From: Pseudomonadota bacterium
GTDB taxonomy: Bacteria > Pseudomonadota > Alphaproteobacteria > Caulobacterales > Caulobacteraceae
Length of the DNA: 64,000 bases
Reading direction: 5' to 3'
NCBI GenBank assembly: GCA_021808285.1
Contig: JAKBBV010000009.1
Span: 952 to 64,951, forward strand
The translations under genes were made by a program, and so were the position numbers. Each line of letters begins with the position of its first letter. Positions within the stretch are counted from its first letter, which is position 1. Positions 8,657-17,954 of the stretch are shown one piece after another. The notes beneath the pieces are model-generated. The model saw only the letters and a list, made by a program, of their open reading frames with translations. It searched no databases and had not been told where the DNA came from.

Positions 8657-10144
8657 TCAGCGCGGCTCGAAACGACCTTCGCGCGCCCAGTTGCCGAACT
8701 TGGTCAGGTCCTCGTTGAAGCTGAGATTGACCGTGCCGATGGGGCCATGGCGCTGCTTGCCGATGATGATCTGGGCGAGGTTGCGCACCGGGTCGAGCTT
8801 TTCCTGCCAAGCCAGATGCTCGGCGGTGCCTTCGGCCGGCGGCACCCGGCTGAGATAATAGGCTTCCCGGTAGATGAACATCACCACGTCGGCGTCCTGC
8901 TCGATCGAGCCCGATTCTCGAAGATCGGAAAGCTGGGGCTTCTTGTCCTCCCGGTTCTCGACCTGACGCGAGAGCTGGGCCGCGGCGATGATCGGGATCG
9001 AGAGTTCCTTGGCCAAGGACTTGAGTCCCTGGGTCACCTGGCTGACCTCCTGGACGCGATTCTCCGGCCGTCCGTCTCCCGTCGTGACCAACTGGAGATA
9101 GTCCACGATCAGGAGGTCGAGGCCGACTGTGCGCTTGAGCCTGCGCGCCCTGGCCGCGAGCTTGCCGATGGAGATGCCGCCGGTGTCGTCGATATAGAGC
9201 GGAATCTCGGAGATCTCGGTGGCGGCGTCCCGGATGCGACCAAAGTCCGAGGCTGTGATCTCGCCCTTGCGGATCTTGTCGGACGGCACTTCTGAGACCT
9301 CGGCCAGAAGGCGCATGGCGAGCTGATCCGACGACATTTCGAGCGCGAAGAAAGCCACCACGCCACCGCTGACGGTACGCCGCCCGCCCTCCGGATTCGG
9401 TTCCCAGGCATAGGCCTTGGCGACGTTGTAGGCGATATTGGCGGCCAGCGAGCTTTTGCCCATGGAGGGGCGCGCGGCGAGGATGAGAAGATCACTCTTG
9501 TGCAGGCCGCCGAGCTTCTGGTCGAGGTCGATCAGTCCCGTGGAGATGCCCGAAAGGCCTCCATCGCGCTGAAACGCCTCGGCGGCCATGGCGATGGCGC
9601 CCCGGACCGAGGTGGAGAAATCGACGAACCCGCCCGTGGCGCCGCCCGTCTCGGCCAGGGTGTAGAGCTGGGACTCCGCAGCCTCGATCTGCTCGCGGGC
9701 CGAGAGCCCGTCTCCTCCCGTCTGGGCCGCAGCGGCGATGTGCCCGCCGATGCGAATCAATTCGCGCCTCAGGGCGAGGTCGTAAATGACCCGTCCGTAG
9801 TCGAAGGTGTTCGCCGCCGGCGGCGCCCGATCCACCAGATCGGCGAGGTATCGGACCCCGCCCAACTCCTCAAAGGCCGGGTCGCGCTGGAACTGCTCGG
9901 CCAGCAGAATGGGCTCGGCCAGATGTCCGCGCTGGACGTGGCCCTGGATCGCGCCAAACAGGCGGCCGTGGAAGGGCTCGAAAAAATGAGCCGGACCCAG
10001 GGCGTCTGACAGCCTCTCAAGAGCGCTGTTGTCATAGAGCAGGATGCCCAGAAGCGCCTGCTCCGCGTCGATATTGGCGGGGGCGTGCGAGACGTCGAGC
10101 ACGGGGGTCGCGGGGCGAAGATCGAGCTGTGGGACGAGGGCCAT
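8657..10144 (-). CDS. dnaB: Replicative DNA helicase
   Basis: ARPSMGKS Walker A, IVDYLQL, QLSR, LSDLRESGSIEQDAD, KQRHGP. Confidence 0.98.
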   Translation of the reverse strand: MALVPQLDLRPATPVLDVSHAPANIDAEQALLGILLYDNSALERLSDALGPAHFFEPFHGRLFGAIQGHVQRGHLAEPILLAEQFQRDPAFEELGGVRYLADLVDRAPPAANTFDYGRVIYDLALRRELIRIGGHIAAAAQTGGDGLSAREQIEAAESQLYTLAETGGATGGFVDFSTSVRGAIAMAAEAFQRDGGLSGISTGLIDLDQKLGGLHKSDLLILAARPSMGKSSLAANIAYNVAKAYAWEPNPEGGRRTVSGGVVAFFALEMSSDQLAMRLLAEVSEVPSDKIRKGEITASDFGRIRDAATEISEIPLYIDDTGGISIGKLAARARRLKRTVGLDLLIVDYLQLVTTGDGRPENRVQEVSQVTQGLKSLAKELSIPIIAAAQLSRQVENREDKKPQLSDLRESGSIEQDADVVMFIYREAYYLSRVPPAEGTAEHLAWQEKLDPVRNLAQIIIGKQRHGPIGTVNLSFNEDLTKFGNWAREGRFEPR

Positions 10145-10216
10145 GCGGCGAGCTTAGCCCAACCGGACGCTCCGCGAACCTCCGGAACGGAGTCTGATCA
10201 CAACTTCCCAGGCGCC

Positions 10217-10225
10217 TGTGGATGA
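10217..10225 (-). promoter_or_regulatory. Candidate DnaA box upstream of dnaB
   Basis: TCATCCACA on the minus strand, 1 mismatch to TTATCCACA, about 70 bp upstream of the dnaB start; GANTC (GAGTC) at 10190-10194 nearby. Confidence 0.35.
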
Positions 10226-10284
10226 CCGTCGAGCGTGGCCTCCGGCGATGCCGGAGCGCGCCTCCCGCAAGCCCTTCCGCAAGC

Positions 10285-10863
10285 CTAGTTTTCGAACGAC
10301 TCCTGCGCGCCGGCCCCGCCCTCGATCATGTCCGCGGCGGCTTCGGCATCGGAGGCCCGGTCAGCCTCGAAACGAGAGGCGATGACATCTTCGCCCCGGG
10401 CCTGACGCTCGGCCTCATCCGCGCTGCGGGCGACGTTGATGGTCACCGTCGTCGCGACTTCGGCGTGCAGGCGAAGTTTGACCGTATGCAGACCCAGGGT
10501 CTTGATCGGCTTATCGAGCACCACCATCGCCCGCTCGACACGACCACCCTCGGCGGCGATGGCGTCGGTGACGTCCCGCGCCGTGACCGAGCCGTAGAGC
10601 TGTCCGCTGTCGCCGGCCTGGCGGATCAGCACATAGCTCTTGCCATCCAGGCGCTCGGCGGCGCGGCTGGCTGAGGCGCGCGCCGCGGCGTTGCGGCTCT
10701 CGATCTCGGCCTTCTGCGCCTCGAATACCTTGAGGTTGCCCTCCGTGGCGCGCAGCGCCTTGGACTGCGGCAGGAGGAAGTTGCGGGCGAAGCCGTCGCG
10801 GACGCTGACCACATCGCCCAGACCGCCCAGGCGCTCGACGCGCTCCAGCAGGATGACCTTCAT
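10285..10863 (-). CDS. rplI: 50S ribosomal protein L9
   Basis: [32 protein letters not shown]; GQLYGSVT. Confidence 0.98.
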   Translation of the reverse strand: MKVILLERVERLGGLGDVVSVRDGFARNFLLPQSKALRATEGNLKVFEAQKAEIESRNAAARASASRAAERLDGKSYVLIRQAGDSGQLYGSVTARDVTDAIAAEGGRVERAMVVLDKPIKTLGLHTVKLRLHAEVATTVTINVARSADEAERQARGEDVIASRFEADRASDAEAAADMIEGGAGAQESFEN

Positions 10864-10873
10864 GGCGCCGCTC

Positions 10874-11137
10874 CTACTTCACGACGTGGGGAAGGAGGGC
10901 GAGGAAGCGCGCGCGCTTGATCGCCTGGGCGAGTTCGCGCTGCTTCTTGGCCGACACGGCGGTGATGCGCGAGGGCACGATCTTGCCTCGCTCGGAGACG
11001 TAGCGCTGCAGCAGCTTCACGTCCTTGTAGTCGATCTTGGGGGCATTGGCGCCGGAGAAGGGGCAGACCTTGCGGCGGCGCATGAAGGCGCGGCGCGGAC
11101 CGCCGGCGGCTTCGGTGACGATGTTGTCTTCGCTCAT
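10874..11137 (-). CDS. rpsR: 30S ribosomal protein S18
   Basis: [25 protein letters not shown]...[12 protein letters not shown]. Confidence 0.98.
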   Translation of the reverse strand: MSEDNIVTEAAGGPRRAFMRRRKVCPFSGANAPKIDYKDVKLLQRYVSERGKIVPSRITAVSAKKQRELAQAIKRARFLALLPHVVK

Positions 11138-11161
11138 GACCTTGCTCTCAACTCTCTGACG

Positions 11162-11524
11162 TCAAACCGGCGCATCTTCGAAGCGACGGTCCCGCTCACG
11201 ATCGCGCCGCGCCAGGACGGGGGACAGGTCGAGATCCAGGGCATCGACCTTGATCGTCAGGTAGCGCAGGACGTCTTCATTGAGCGACAGCTGCCGCTCC
11301 ATTTCCTTCACCGCCGCCGGCGGAGCGTCGATCGCCAGCAGGGAGTAATGTCCCTTGCGGTTCTTCTTGACCCGATAGGCGAGGTTGCGAAGGCCCCAGT
11401 ACTCGATCTTGACGATATGTCCGCCGTGGGATTCCACGAGCAGCTTCAACTCGTCATTGAGAGATTCGGCCTGGGCCGGAGAGATGTCCTGACGCGCGAT
11501 CAGGACGTGTTCGTAGAGTGCCAT
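11162..11524 (-). CDS. rpsF: 30S ribosomal protein S6
   Basis: [10 protein letters not shown]...[20 protein letters not shown]...EDVLRY. Confidence 0.98.
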   Translation of the reverse strand: MALYEHVLIARQDISPAQAESLNDELKLLVESHGGHIVKIEYWGLRNLAYRVKKNRKGHYSLLAIDAPPAAVKEMERQLSLNEDVLRYLTIKVDALDLDLSPVLARRDRERDRRFEDAPV

Positions 11525-11630
11525 GCGTCACGTCCGAGTTGTTCCGGGGGTCGGCGACAAGCGGACGCTCGGATGCGTCTGCCGGACGATGGATCCCGCG
11601 CGCCAAAGCCGCGCCGGACCGACCCCACCT
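11525..11630 (-). ncRNA. Candidate structured 5' leader of rpsF (possible S6:S18 autoregulatory element)
   Basis: Perfect 8-bp inverted repeat ggggtcgg (11547-11554) / ccgacccc (11619-11626) enclosing two smaller hairpins immediately 5' of rpsF. No covariance model was run. Confidence 0.35.
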
Positions 11631-11840
11631 GATTGAGGGAGACGGGCGGTTAGACGCAAACCCCGCCCAAGGCAAGGAGATTCGCGTGTCTGGACCCCAG
11701 TGAAGGACGCCGATCCAGGGATCGGTCCCCCGCGTTCCGGGCCATGCCCCCAGTTCCGGCGCTGGAGCGCGCCCGCCGCGGCCAGGTGGGTGGGATCTGA
11801 CCCACCCGCAAACCCTGATCGCGGGGGTTGAGGGCGAGGG

Positions 11841-12383
11841 TCAGGCCGGGTGCTTGGCTCGCCAGGCCTTCACCGCGTCCAGGGTCTTTGTCACGTGCTG
11901 GTCGGGGTCGAGGTTCGAATAGACGAAGAGGACCTTGTCGTCGGGGGCGATGACGTAGCTCGTGCGGTCGGAATGGCCGGGATAGATCGCCAGCATGGAG
12001 TTGTAGCTCTTCGCGATCTTGGCGTCGGGATCTGCGGCCACGGGGAACTTCGAGCGGCACTCGCTCACCGAAAATTCGGTCAGGCGGTCGATATTTCCCG
12101 CCGTCACGCCGATCAGTGTCGCCCCGAGTTTCTTGTACTCATCGGAGGCGTCAGCGAATTCGTGAGCCTCTATGGTGCAGCCCTTGGTGAAGGCGGCGGG
12201 AAAGAAATAGAGCACGACCGGGCCCTTCTTGAGCGCCTCCGCCATGTTGAATGGAAACTGCTTGCCCGCCTGAGAGGCCTGAGCGGTGAACTCCGGCGCC
12301 GTGTCGCCGACTTTGAGCGCCGCATGGGCGGGCAGGACAAAGGCCGCGGACAGCGCGGCCCCGATGGCGAGATGACGAATCAT
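11841..12383 (-). CDS. Peroxiredoxin (BCP/PrxQ-like, AhpC/TSA family) with signal peptide
   Basis: FPAAFTKGCTIEA (PxxxTxxC) motif; N-terminal MIRHLAIGAALSAAFVLPAHA|A signal peptide. Confidence 0.9.
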   Translation of the reverse strand: MIRHLAIGAALSAAFVLPAHAALKVGDTAPEFTAQASQAGKQFPFNMAEALKKGPVVLYFFPAAFTKGCTIEAHEFADASDEYKKLGATLIGVTAGNIDRLTEFSVSECRSKFPVAADPDAKIAKSYNSMLAIYPGHSDRTSYVIAPDDKVLFVYSNLDPDQHVTKTLDAVKAWRAKHPA

Positions 12384-12624
12384 GAGTATGCCGTGCCTCC
12401 GTTGAGCGGACTCTTCACGCGGACCCGTCCGTGCAGGGGGCCGCGCCATGTCATAGTGACACAGTTAGGTCCGCCATGGCCATCGCAACAGAGGCCCGCG
12501 TGTGGAACTTCAGACCATGACGCTTGCTGACGGCCTTCTTGTGGATGACGCCGCTTTGACCTAACCCTCCGCGCCCCAGGAGCCGGCGACGCGTGCGGCT
12601 CGCCGTTCCGGGAGCAATGATCCG

Positions 12625-13572
12625 ATGAGCCTCGCGCTGGTGTTTCCAGGTCAAGGTAGTCAGGCCGTGGGTATGGGCGCTGAGTTGGCGGACGCCTTTC
12701 CCACCGCCCGGGAGGTTTTTCAGGAGGTCGATGAGGCTCTCTCCCAGCACCTGTTCCGACTGATGCGGGAGGGGCCCATCGAGGAGCTGACCCTGACCGA
12801 GAACGCCCAGCCGGCCCTGATGGCCGTGAGCCTGGCGACCATGGCTGTCCTGCGCTCGGAGCTCGGCCTTCAGTCCGGCGCCGCGGCCTTTGTCGCGGGC
12901 CACTCCCTTGGCGAATACTCGGCTCTGGCGGCGGCCGAGGCCCTGACGACCGCCGAGACGGCCCGTCTTCTGAAGCTCCGGGGCCAGGCCATGCAGCGGG
13001 CCGTTCCCGTCGGCGAGGGCGCCATGGCGTCTCTGATCGGCCCCAGGACGGACATCGCCCTGGCCGAGTCGGCCGCGCGGGAGGGATCGCGGCTGGGCGT
13101 CTGCGTGGTGGCCAACGACAACAATTCCGGCAATGTCGTCATCTCAGGCGCCAAGGCCGCCGTCGACGCGGCGATCGAGGCCGCCAAGGCCCTTGGCGCT
13201 CGCGCCATCCCGCTGAACGTCTCCGCCCCGTTCCACTGCCCGCTCATGCAGCCGGCCGCCGACGAAATGGCCGCCGCCCTCGCGGGCGCCGCGATCCGCG
13301 CTCCCAAGGCCCCCGTGGTCGCCAATGTCACGGCCCGCCCGACTCTCGACCCGGACGTGATTCGCCGCCTTCTGGTGGAGCAGGTCACCGGACGGGTCCG
13401 CTGGCGCGAGAGCGTCGAGTGGCTGGCCACGGAGGGCGGCGCCACGCGATTCGCCGAGATCGGTTCGGGCAAGGTCCTGACCGGCATGATCAAGCGCATT
13501 GCGCCGGAAGCCGAAGCCATGGCCCTGAATACGCCCGCCGACCTCGACGCCTTCGCCAAGACCTTGGGTTAG
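12625..13572 (+). CDS. fabD: Malonyl-CoA:ACP transacylase
   Basis: FPGQGSQ, GHSLGEY, VSAPFHC. Confidence 0.98.
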   Translation: MSLALVFPGQGSQAVGMGAELADAFPTAREVFQEVDEALSQHLFRLMREGPIEELTLTENAQPALMAVSLATMAVLRSELGLQSGAAAFVAGHSLGEYSALAAAEALTTAETARLLKLRGQAMQRAVPVGEGAMASLIGPRTDIALAESAAREGSRLGVCVVANDNNSGNVVISGAKAAVDAAIEAAKALGARAIPLNVSAPFHCPLMQPAADEMAAALAGAAIRAPKAPVVANVTARPTLDPDVIRRLLVEQVTGRVRWRESVEWLATEGGATRFAEIGSGKVLTGMIKRIAPEAEAMALNTPADLDAFAKTLG

Positions 13573-13605
13573 GCGAAGCTTGGCGACCATCAAAGTGAGG
13601 CTCTG

Positions 13606-14346
13606 ATGTTTGATCTCTCAGGCAAGACCGCGCTCGTCACCGGGGCGAGCGGAGGCATCGGCGGCGCCATAGCCCGGGCTCTGAGCGTGGCGGGGGCGCG
13701 GGTCGTGCTCACCGGAACCCGGCGCGAGGCGCTGGAGGCGCTGACCGGAGAGCTCGGCGGCTCCGCGCATAGCCTTGTCTGCGACCTCGCCGATCCGGCG
13801 GCTGTGGATGCCCTGGTCGGCCAGGCCGAGGAGATCGCCGGCGCGCCTCTCGACATCCTGATCGCCAATGCGGGGGTGACCCGGGACGGTCTGCTGATGC
13901 GGATGAAGGACGAGGACTGGGCCGCCGTCATCGCCATCAATCTGGAGAGCTATTTCCGCCTGGCCCGCTCGGCCCTGCGCGGCATGATGCGCCGTCGCGA
14001 GGGCCGGATCATCGGCATCACCTCCGTCGTCGGGGTCATGGGCAATCCGGGTCAGACCAATTACGCGGCCTCGAAGGCGGGCATGATCGGCTTCACCAAG
14101 GCCCTGGCTCAGGAGGTGGCCAGCCGCAATATCACGGTGAATTGTGTGGCCCCGGGTTTCATCGAAAGCCCCATGACCGCAGCGCTGAGCGACTCCCAGA
14201 AGGCGGCGATCCTCCAGACGATTCCCATGGGGCGCCTGGGAGAGGGCGAGGACGTGGCGGCGGCCTGCGTGTATCTGGCGAGCCGCGCCGGCGGCTATGT
14301 GACCGGTCAGACCCTGCACGTGAACGGCGGCATGGCGATGATCTAA
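13606..14346 (+). CDS. fabG: 3-oxoacyl-ACP reductase
   Basis: TGASGGIG, NAG, YAASK, HVNGGMAMI. Confidence 0.97.
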   Translation: MFDLSGKTALVTGASGGIGGAIARALSVAGARVVLTGTRREALEALTGELGGSAHSLVCDLADPAAVDALVGQAEEIAGAPLDILIANAGVTRDGLLMRMKDEDWAAVIAINLESYFRLARSALRGMMRRREGRIIGITSVVGVMGNPGQTNYAASKAGMIGFTKALAQEVASRNITVNCVAPGFIESPMTAALSDSQKAAILQTIPMGRLGEGEDVAAACVYLASRAGGYVTGQTLHVNGGMAMI

Positions 14347-14541
14347 GCCTTGCCGACGGCCCGGCTCCGCCCGCTAGGCGGACGAAAAGGAACATGCTAG
14401 GCGGTCGCCAAGGTCCTCTGGTCTTCACCGCGTCCCCCGGGGCGAGAGGGAGATCAGACTGATCCGGGATTTTCTGGGGCGTGTGTTCGATGCCTGCGTC
14501 GAGCCGCTCCGTCATCGAAACAGAAGGACGGGACACAGACT

Positions 14542-14781
14542 ATGTCCGATATTTTGGAGCGCGTTCGGAAGATCGTCATCGAGCACCTCGACGCTGACCC
14601 GGAGAAGGTGACGGAAAAGGCCAGCTTCATCGACGACCTCGGCGCCGACAGCCTCGACAATGTCGAGCTGGTGATGGCCTTCGAGGAAGAGTTCGATATC
14701 GAAATCCCCGATGACGCCGCTGAGCATATCCAGACCGTGGGCGATGCGGTGAAGTTCATCTCCGAGCGCCTCGGGTCCTGA
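14542..14781 (+). CDS. acpP: Acyl carrier protein
   Basis: LGADSLD phosphopantetheine site; [14 protein letters not shown]. Confidence 0.98.
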   Translation: MSDILERVRKIVIEHLDADPEKVTEKASFIDDLGADSLDNVELVMAFEEEFDIEIPDDAAEHIQTVGDAVKFISERLGS

Positions 14782-14818
14782 CGCCCGCCGATGCGGCCGT
14801 CATAAGGGGCGCCAAGTC

Positions 14819-16105
14819 ATGACGCGTCGAGTCGTCGTCACCGGACTGGGCATGGTCACCCCGCTGGGCTGGGGTGTGGACGTCACATGGCGCGCGCTCC
14901 TCGCCGGTCGGTCAGGGGCGGGACGCATCACGGCGTTCGACCCCACAGACTATGCCTGTCAGGTGGCCTGCGAAGTGCCTCGCCTCGACGGCCGCGGCGG
15001 CGGATCGCCGGGCATGCCCGGCGTGTTCGATCCCGACCAGGTCATGAGCCCCAAGGAGCAACGCCGCGTCGACGATTTCATCCTCTACGCCATGGCGGCG
15101 GCGGACGAAGCGGTCCGCGACTCCGGTTGGTCCCCTCAATCCGAGGCGGATCGCGTCCGGACCGGGGTCAATATCGGATCGGGAATCGGGGGCCTCGCGG
15201 CGATCGCCGATACGGCCATCGAGCTGAAGGAAAAGGGACCTCGGCGCGTCAGCCCGTTCTTCATCCCCTCGGCCCTGATCAATCTCGCCGCAGGCCAGGT
15301 CTCGATCCGGCATGGCTTCAAGGGACCTAACCACGCTGTGGTGACCGCCTGCGCCTCAGGCGCCCACGCCGTCGGCGACGCCATGCGCTTTATCCGCAGC
15401 GGTGACGCGGACGTGATGGTCGCCGGGGGCGCGGAGGGGGCGGTCTGCCCCATCGGCATCGCTGGATTCATCGCTTGCCGGGCCATGGCCACAAGCTTCA
15501 ACGACGCGCCGCAGAAGGCGTCCAGGCCCTACGACAAGGATCGCGACGGCTTCGTCATGGGCGAGGGCGCCGGTGTGCTGGTTCTGGAGGAGCTGGAGCA
15601 TGCGAGAGCCCGGGGGGCCAAGATCTACGCCGAGGTGATCGGCTATGGTCTCGCGGGGGACGCCTATCACATCACCGCTCCGGCGGAGGATGGCGACGGC
15701 GGATATCGCGCCATGGAGGCGGCCATCGCCCATGCGGGTCTGGATCCTGCGGACATCGACTATGTGAATGCGCACGGCACTTCGACGCCGCTCGGCGATG
15801 AGATCGAGCTTGGCGCGGTGGAGCGACTCTTCGGTCAGGCGGCGGGCAAACTCGCCCTGTCCTCCACCAAGTCCTCGATCGGGCACCTATTGGGCGCTGC
15901 GGGTGCGGTAGAGGCGGCGTTCACGGTCCTGGCCTTGCGCGACCAGATCGCGCCGCCGACGATCAATCTCGACAACCCCTCGGTCGAGACGCCCATCGAT
16001 CTGCTGCCGCATCAGGCCAAGGCGATGGAGCTGAATATCGCCATGTCCAACAGCTTTGGCTTTGGCGGCACCAACGCGTCGGTCGTCTTCAAACGCGCCC
16101 CGTGA
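14819..16105 (+). CDS. fabF: 3-oxoacyl-ACP synthase II
   Basis: TACASG, NAHGTST, KSSIGHLLGAAG, SNSFGFGGTN. Confidence 0.98.
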   Translation: MTRRVVVTGLGMVTPLGWGVDVTWRALLAGRSGAGRITAFDPTDYACQVACEVPRLDGRGGGSPGMPGVFDPDQVMSPKEQRRVDDFILYAMAAADEAVRDSGWSPQSEADRVRTGVNIGSGIGGLAAIADTAIELKEKGPRRVSPFFIPSALINLAAGQVSIRHGFKGPNHAVVTACASGAHAVGDAMRFIRSGDADVMVAGGAEGAVCPIGIAGFIACRAMATSFNDAPQKASRPYDKDRDGFVMGEGAGVLVLEELEHARARGAKIYAEVIGYGLAGDAYHITAPAEDGDGGYRAMEAAIAHAGLDPADIDYVNAHGTSTPLGDEIELGAVERLFGQAAGKLALSSTKSSIGHLLGAAGAVEAAFTVLALRDQIAPPTINLDNPSVETPIDLLPHQAKAMELNIAMSNSFGFGGTNASVVFKRAP

Positions 16106-17118
16106 CCCGACGGCCCTGGCGAAGACCCTGGTCGCGCCGCCGCCGCTCGGGTCGTCGCCTGTCCCTCAGCTTGCTGATCCCGCCGGTCCTGGTTCTCGCG
16201 GCGGCGGGCGGCGTGGCCCTGTTCGCTCCGGGCCCCGGGGCCGGCGGGGCGCGCGACGTCGTCCTTGAGCGGGGAGGCGGGGTCCTTGGTGTGGGCGAGA
16301 CCCTGCGCCGGGCCGGGGTGGTCAGGTCCGCCTGGCTTTTCGCCGTGGTCGCGGAAGTCACCGGAGCCGGAAGCCGCCTGAAGGCGGGGGAATATGCCTT
16401 CGCCCCCCATGAAAGCCTGATCTCCGTCATCGAGGCCATCGCCCGCGGACAGGTGGTGAGGCGCTTTGTGACGATTCCCGAGGGACTGACCTCCGCTGAC
16501 GCGGCCGCCATTCTTGACCGGGCGGACGGTCTTGTCGGGACGGCGCCGACCGCGCCCGAGGGGGCGCTCCTGCCGGAGACCTACGAGGTGCGACGCGGGG
16601 AGACCCGCGCCGACGTCATTGACCGGATGCGCCGCGCCCGCGATCAGCTTCTCGCCCGGCTGTGGGCGTCGCGCCCGGCGGGCCTGCCCTACGCCAACCC
16701 CGAACAGGCTGTCACCCTCGCCTCGGTGGTCGAAAAGGAGACGGCGCTGCCGGCGGAGCGCCCGCGGGTCGCGGCCGTGTACGTCAATCGTCTGAGACTC
16801 GGCATGCGCCTCGATAGCGATCCCACCGTCATCTACGGGCTGACCCATGGCCGGCCCCTGGGCCATGGCCTGACCCGCAGCGAGCTGGACGACGCATCGC
16901 CCTACAATACCTACCGTTTCGGCGGACTGCCCCCCACGCCCATCGACAATCCCGGGCGCGCCTCGCTGATCGCGGCCTTGGCGCCGGCCCGGAGCGCGGA
17001 TCTCTATTTCGTCGCCGATGGATCGGGCGGGCACGCCTTCGCCGCCACACTCTCGGATCATGTGCGCAATGTGCTGCGCTGGCGGAAGGTGGAGCGGTCC
17101 CGGAGCGGTGACCCATGA
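16102..17118 (+). CDS. mltG: Endolytic transglycosylase MltG (YceG family)
   Basis: N-terminal TM helix, LKAGEY, TIPEG, LASVVEKET, LDSDPTVIYG, SPYNTY, GLPPTPI, LYFVADG; GTGA overlap with fabF. Confidence 0.95.
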   Translation: MTRRPWRRPWSRRRRSGRRLSLSLLIPPVLVLAAAGGVALFAPGPGAGGARDVVLERGGGVLGVGETLRRAGVVRSAWLFAVVAEVTGAGSRLKAGEYAFAPHESLISVIEAIARGQVVRRFVTIPEGLTSADAAAILDRADGLVGTAPTAPEGALLPETYEVRRGETRADVIDRMRRARDQLLARLWASRPAGLPYANPEQAVTLASVVEKETALPAERPRVAAVYVNRLRLGMRLDSDPTVIYGLTHGRPLGHGLTRSELDDASPYNTYRFGGLPPTPIDNPGRASLIAALAPARSADLYFVADGSGGHAFAATLSDHVRNVLRWRKVERSRSGDP

Positions 17119-17294
17119 GGCGTTTTGGCCCGAATCACGGCCAATGGGCCGCGCGACAGCACGAGGCGGCCCTGTCCAGGCGGTCCTCTTGGGCGCCGTG
17201 CATTCACGCGCAGGCGAAGGGCGGGGCCAACGGCGTTTCCGCCGCTTCGAGGGTCGCATCAGGCGGGACGGTGGGAGGCGAGGCCCGGGCATGA
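17115..17294 (+). CDS. Putative 59-aa ORF bridging mltG and gmk (not in ORF track)
   Basis: ATG 17115 overlaps the mltG stop (ATGA) and TGA 17292-17294 overlaps the gmk ATG (ATGA); GGAG at 17102-17105. No recognisable domain; codon usage is not clearly typical. Confidence 0.35.
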   Translation: MRRFGPNHGQWAARQHEAALSRRSSWAPCIHAQAKGGANGVSAASRVASGGTVGGEARA

Positions 17295-17947
17295 ACGACA
17301 GCATCTCGTCACCCCCCGATCGGACCCGAAGGGGGCTCCTTCTGGTGATCTCAAGCCCCTCTGGCGCCGGGAAGACCTCCCTGGCCCAGCGCCTCACGGG
17401 GGAGTTCTCGGACCTTGGGCTGTCGGTGTCCTGCACGACCCGGGCGCCGCGACCTGGAGAGCGGGACGGCCGCGAATATGTCTTCCTCGATCAGGCCGAG
17501 TTCGAGGCCCGGAGGCGGCGCGGCGACTTCCTGGAATGGGCGGAGGTGCACGAAAACCTCTATGGAACGCCGCGAGGCCCGGTGATGGAGCGCCTGGGCC
17601 GGGGCGAGGACGTGCTCTTCGACATCGACTGGCAGGGCGCCGCTCAGATTCGCGCGGCCGCCGCCGAAGACGTGGTCAGCGTCTTCATCCTCCCGCCCAC
17701 CATGGCCGCCCTCGAACGGCGCCTGCACACCCGCGCCCAGGATTCGCACGAGGTGATCGCCAGACGCCTGGCCCGGGCCCGGGGCGAAATCGAACGCTGG
17801 CCCGACTATGACTATGTGATCGTCAATGACGACTTCGACGCCGCCTATGCCCGGCTGGCCCGGCTCTATCTTGCCGAGCGCGACCGCCGGCTGCGCAATC
17901 CCTGGATCGGGGCGTTCGTGAAGGAGCTTTTCGCTCAGACGCCTTGA
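17291..17947 (+). CDS. gmk: Guanylate kinase
   Basis: SPSGAGKT, SVSCTTRAPRPGERDGREY, FDIDWQGA, YDYVIVNDD. Confidence 0.97.
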   Translation: MNDSISSPPDRTRRGLLLVISSPSGAGKTSLAQRLTGEFSDLGLSVSCTTRAPRPGERDGREYVFLDQAEFEARRRRGDFLEWAEVHENLYGTPRGPVMERLGRGEDVLFDIDWQGAAQIRAAAAEDVVSVFILPPTMAALERRLHTRAQDSHEVIARRLARARGEIERWPDYDYVIVNDDFDAAYARLARLYLAERDRRLRNPWIGAFVKELFAQTP

Positions 17948-17954
17948 GCGGCCG

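Noticed and set aside
13248-13257. TGCAGCCGGC match to the tRNA-Thr 3' end as an attR
   Set aside because: Only 10 bp, GC-rich and inside the fabD coding sequence.
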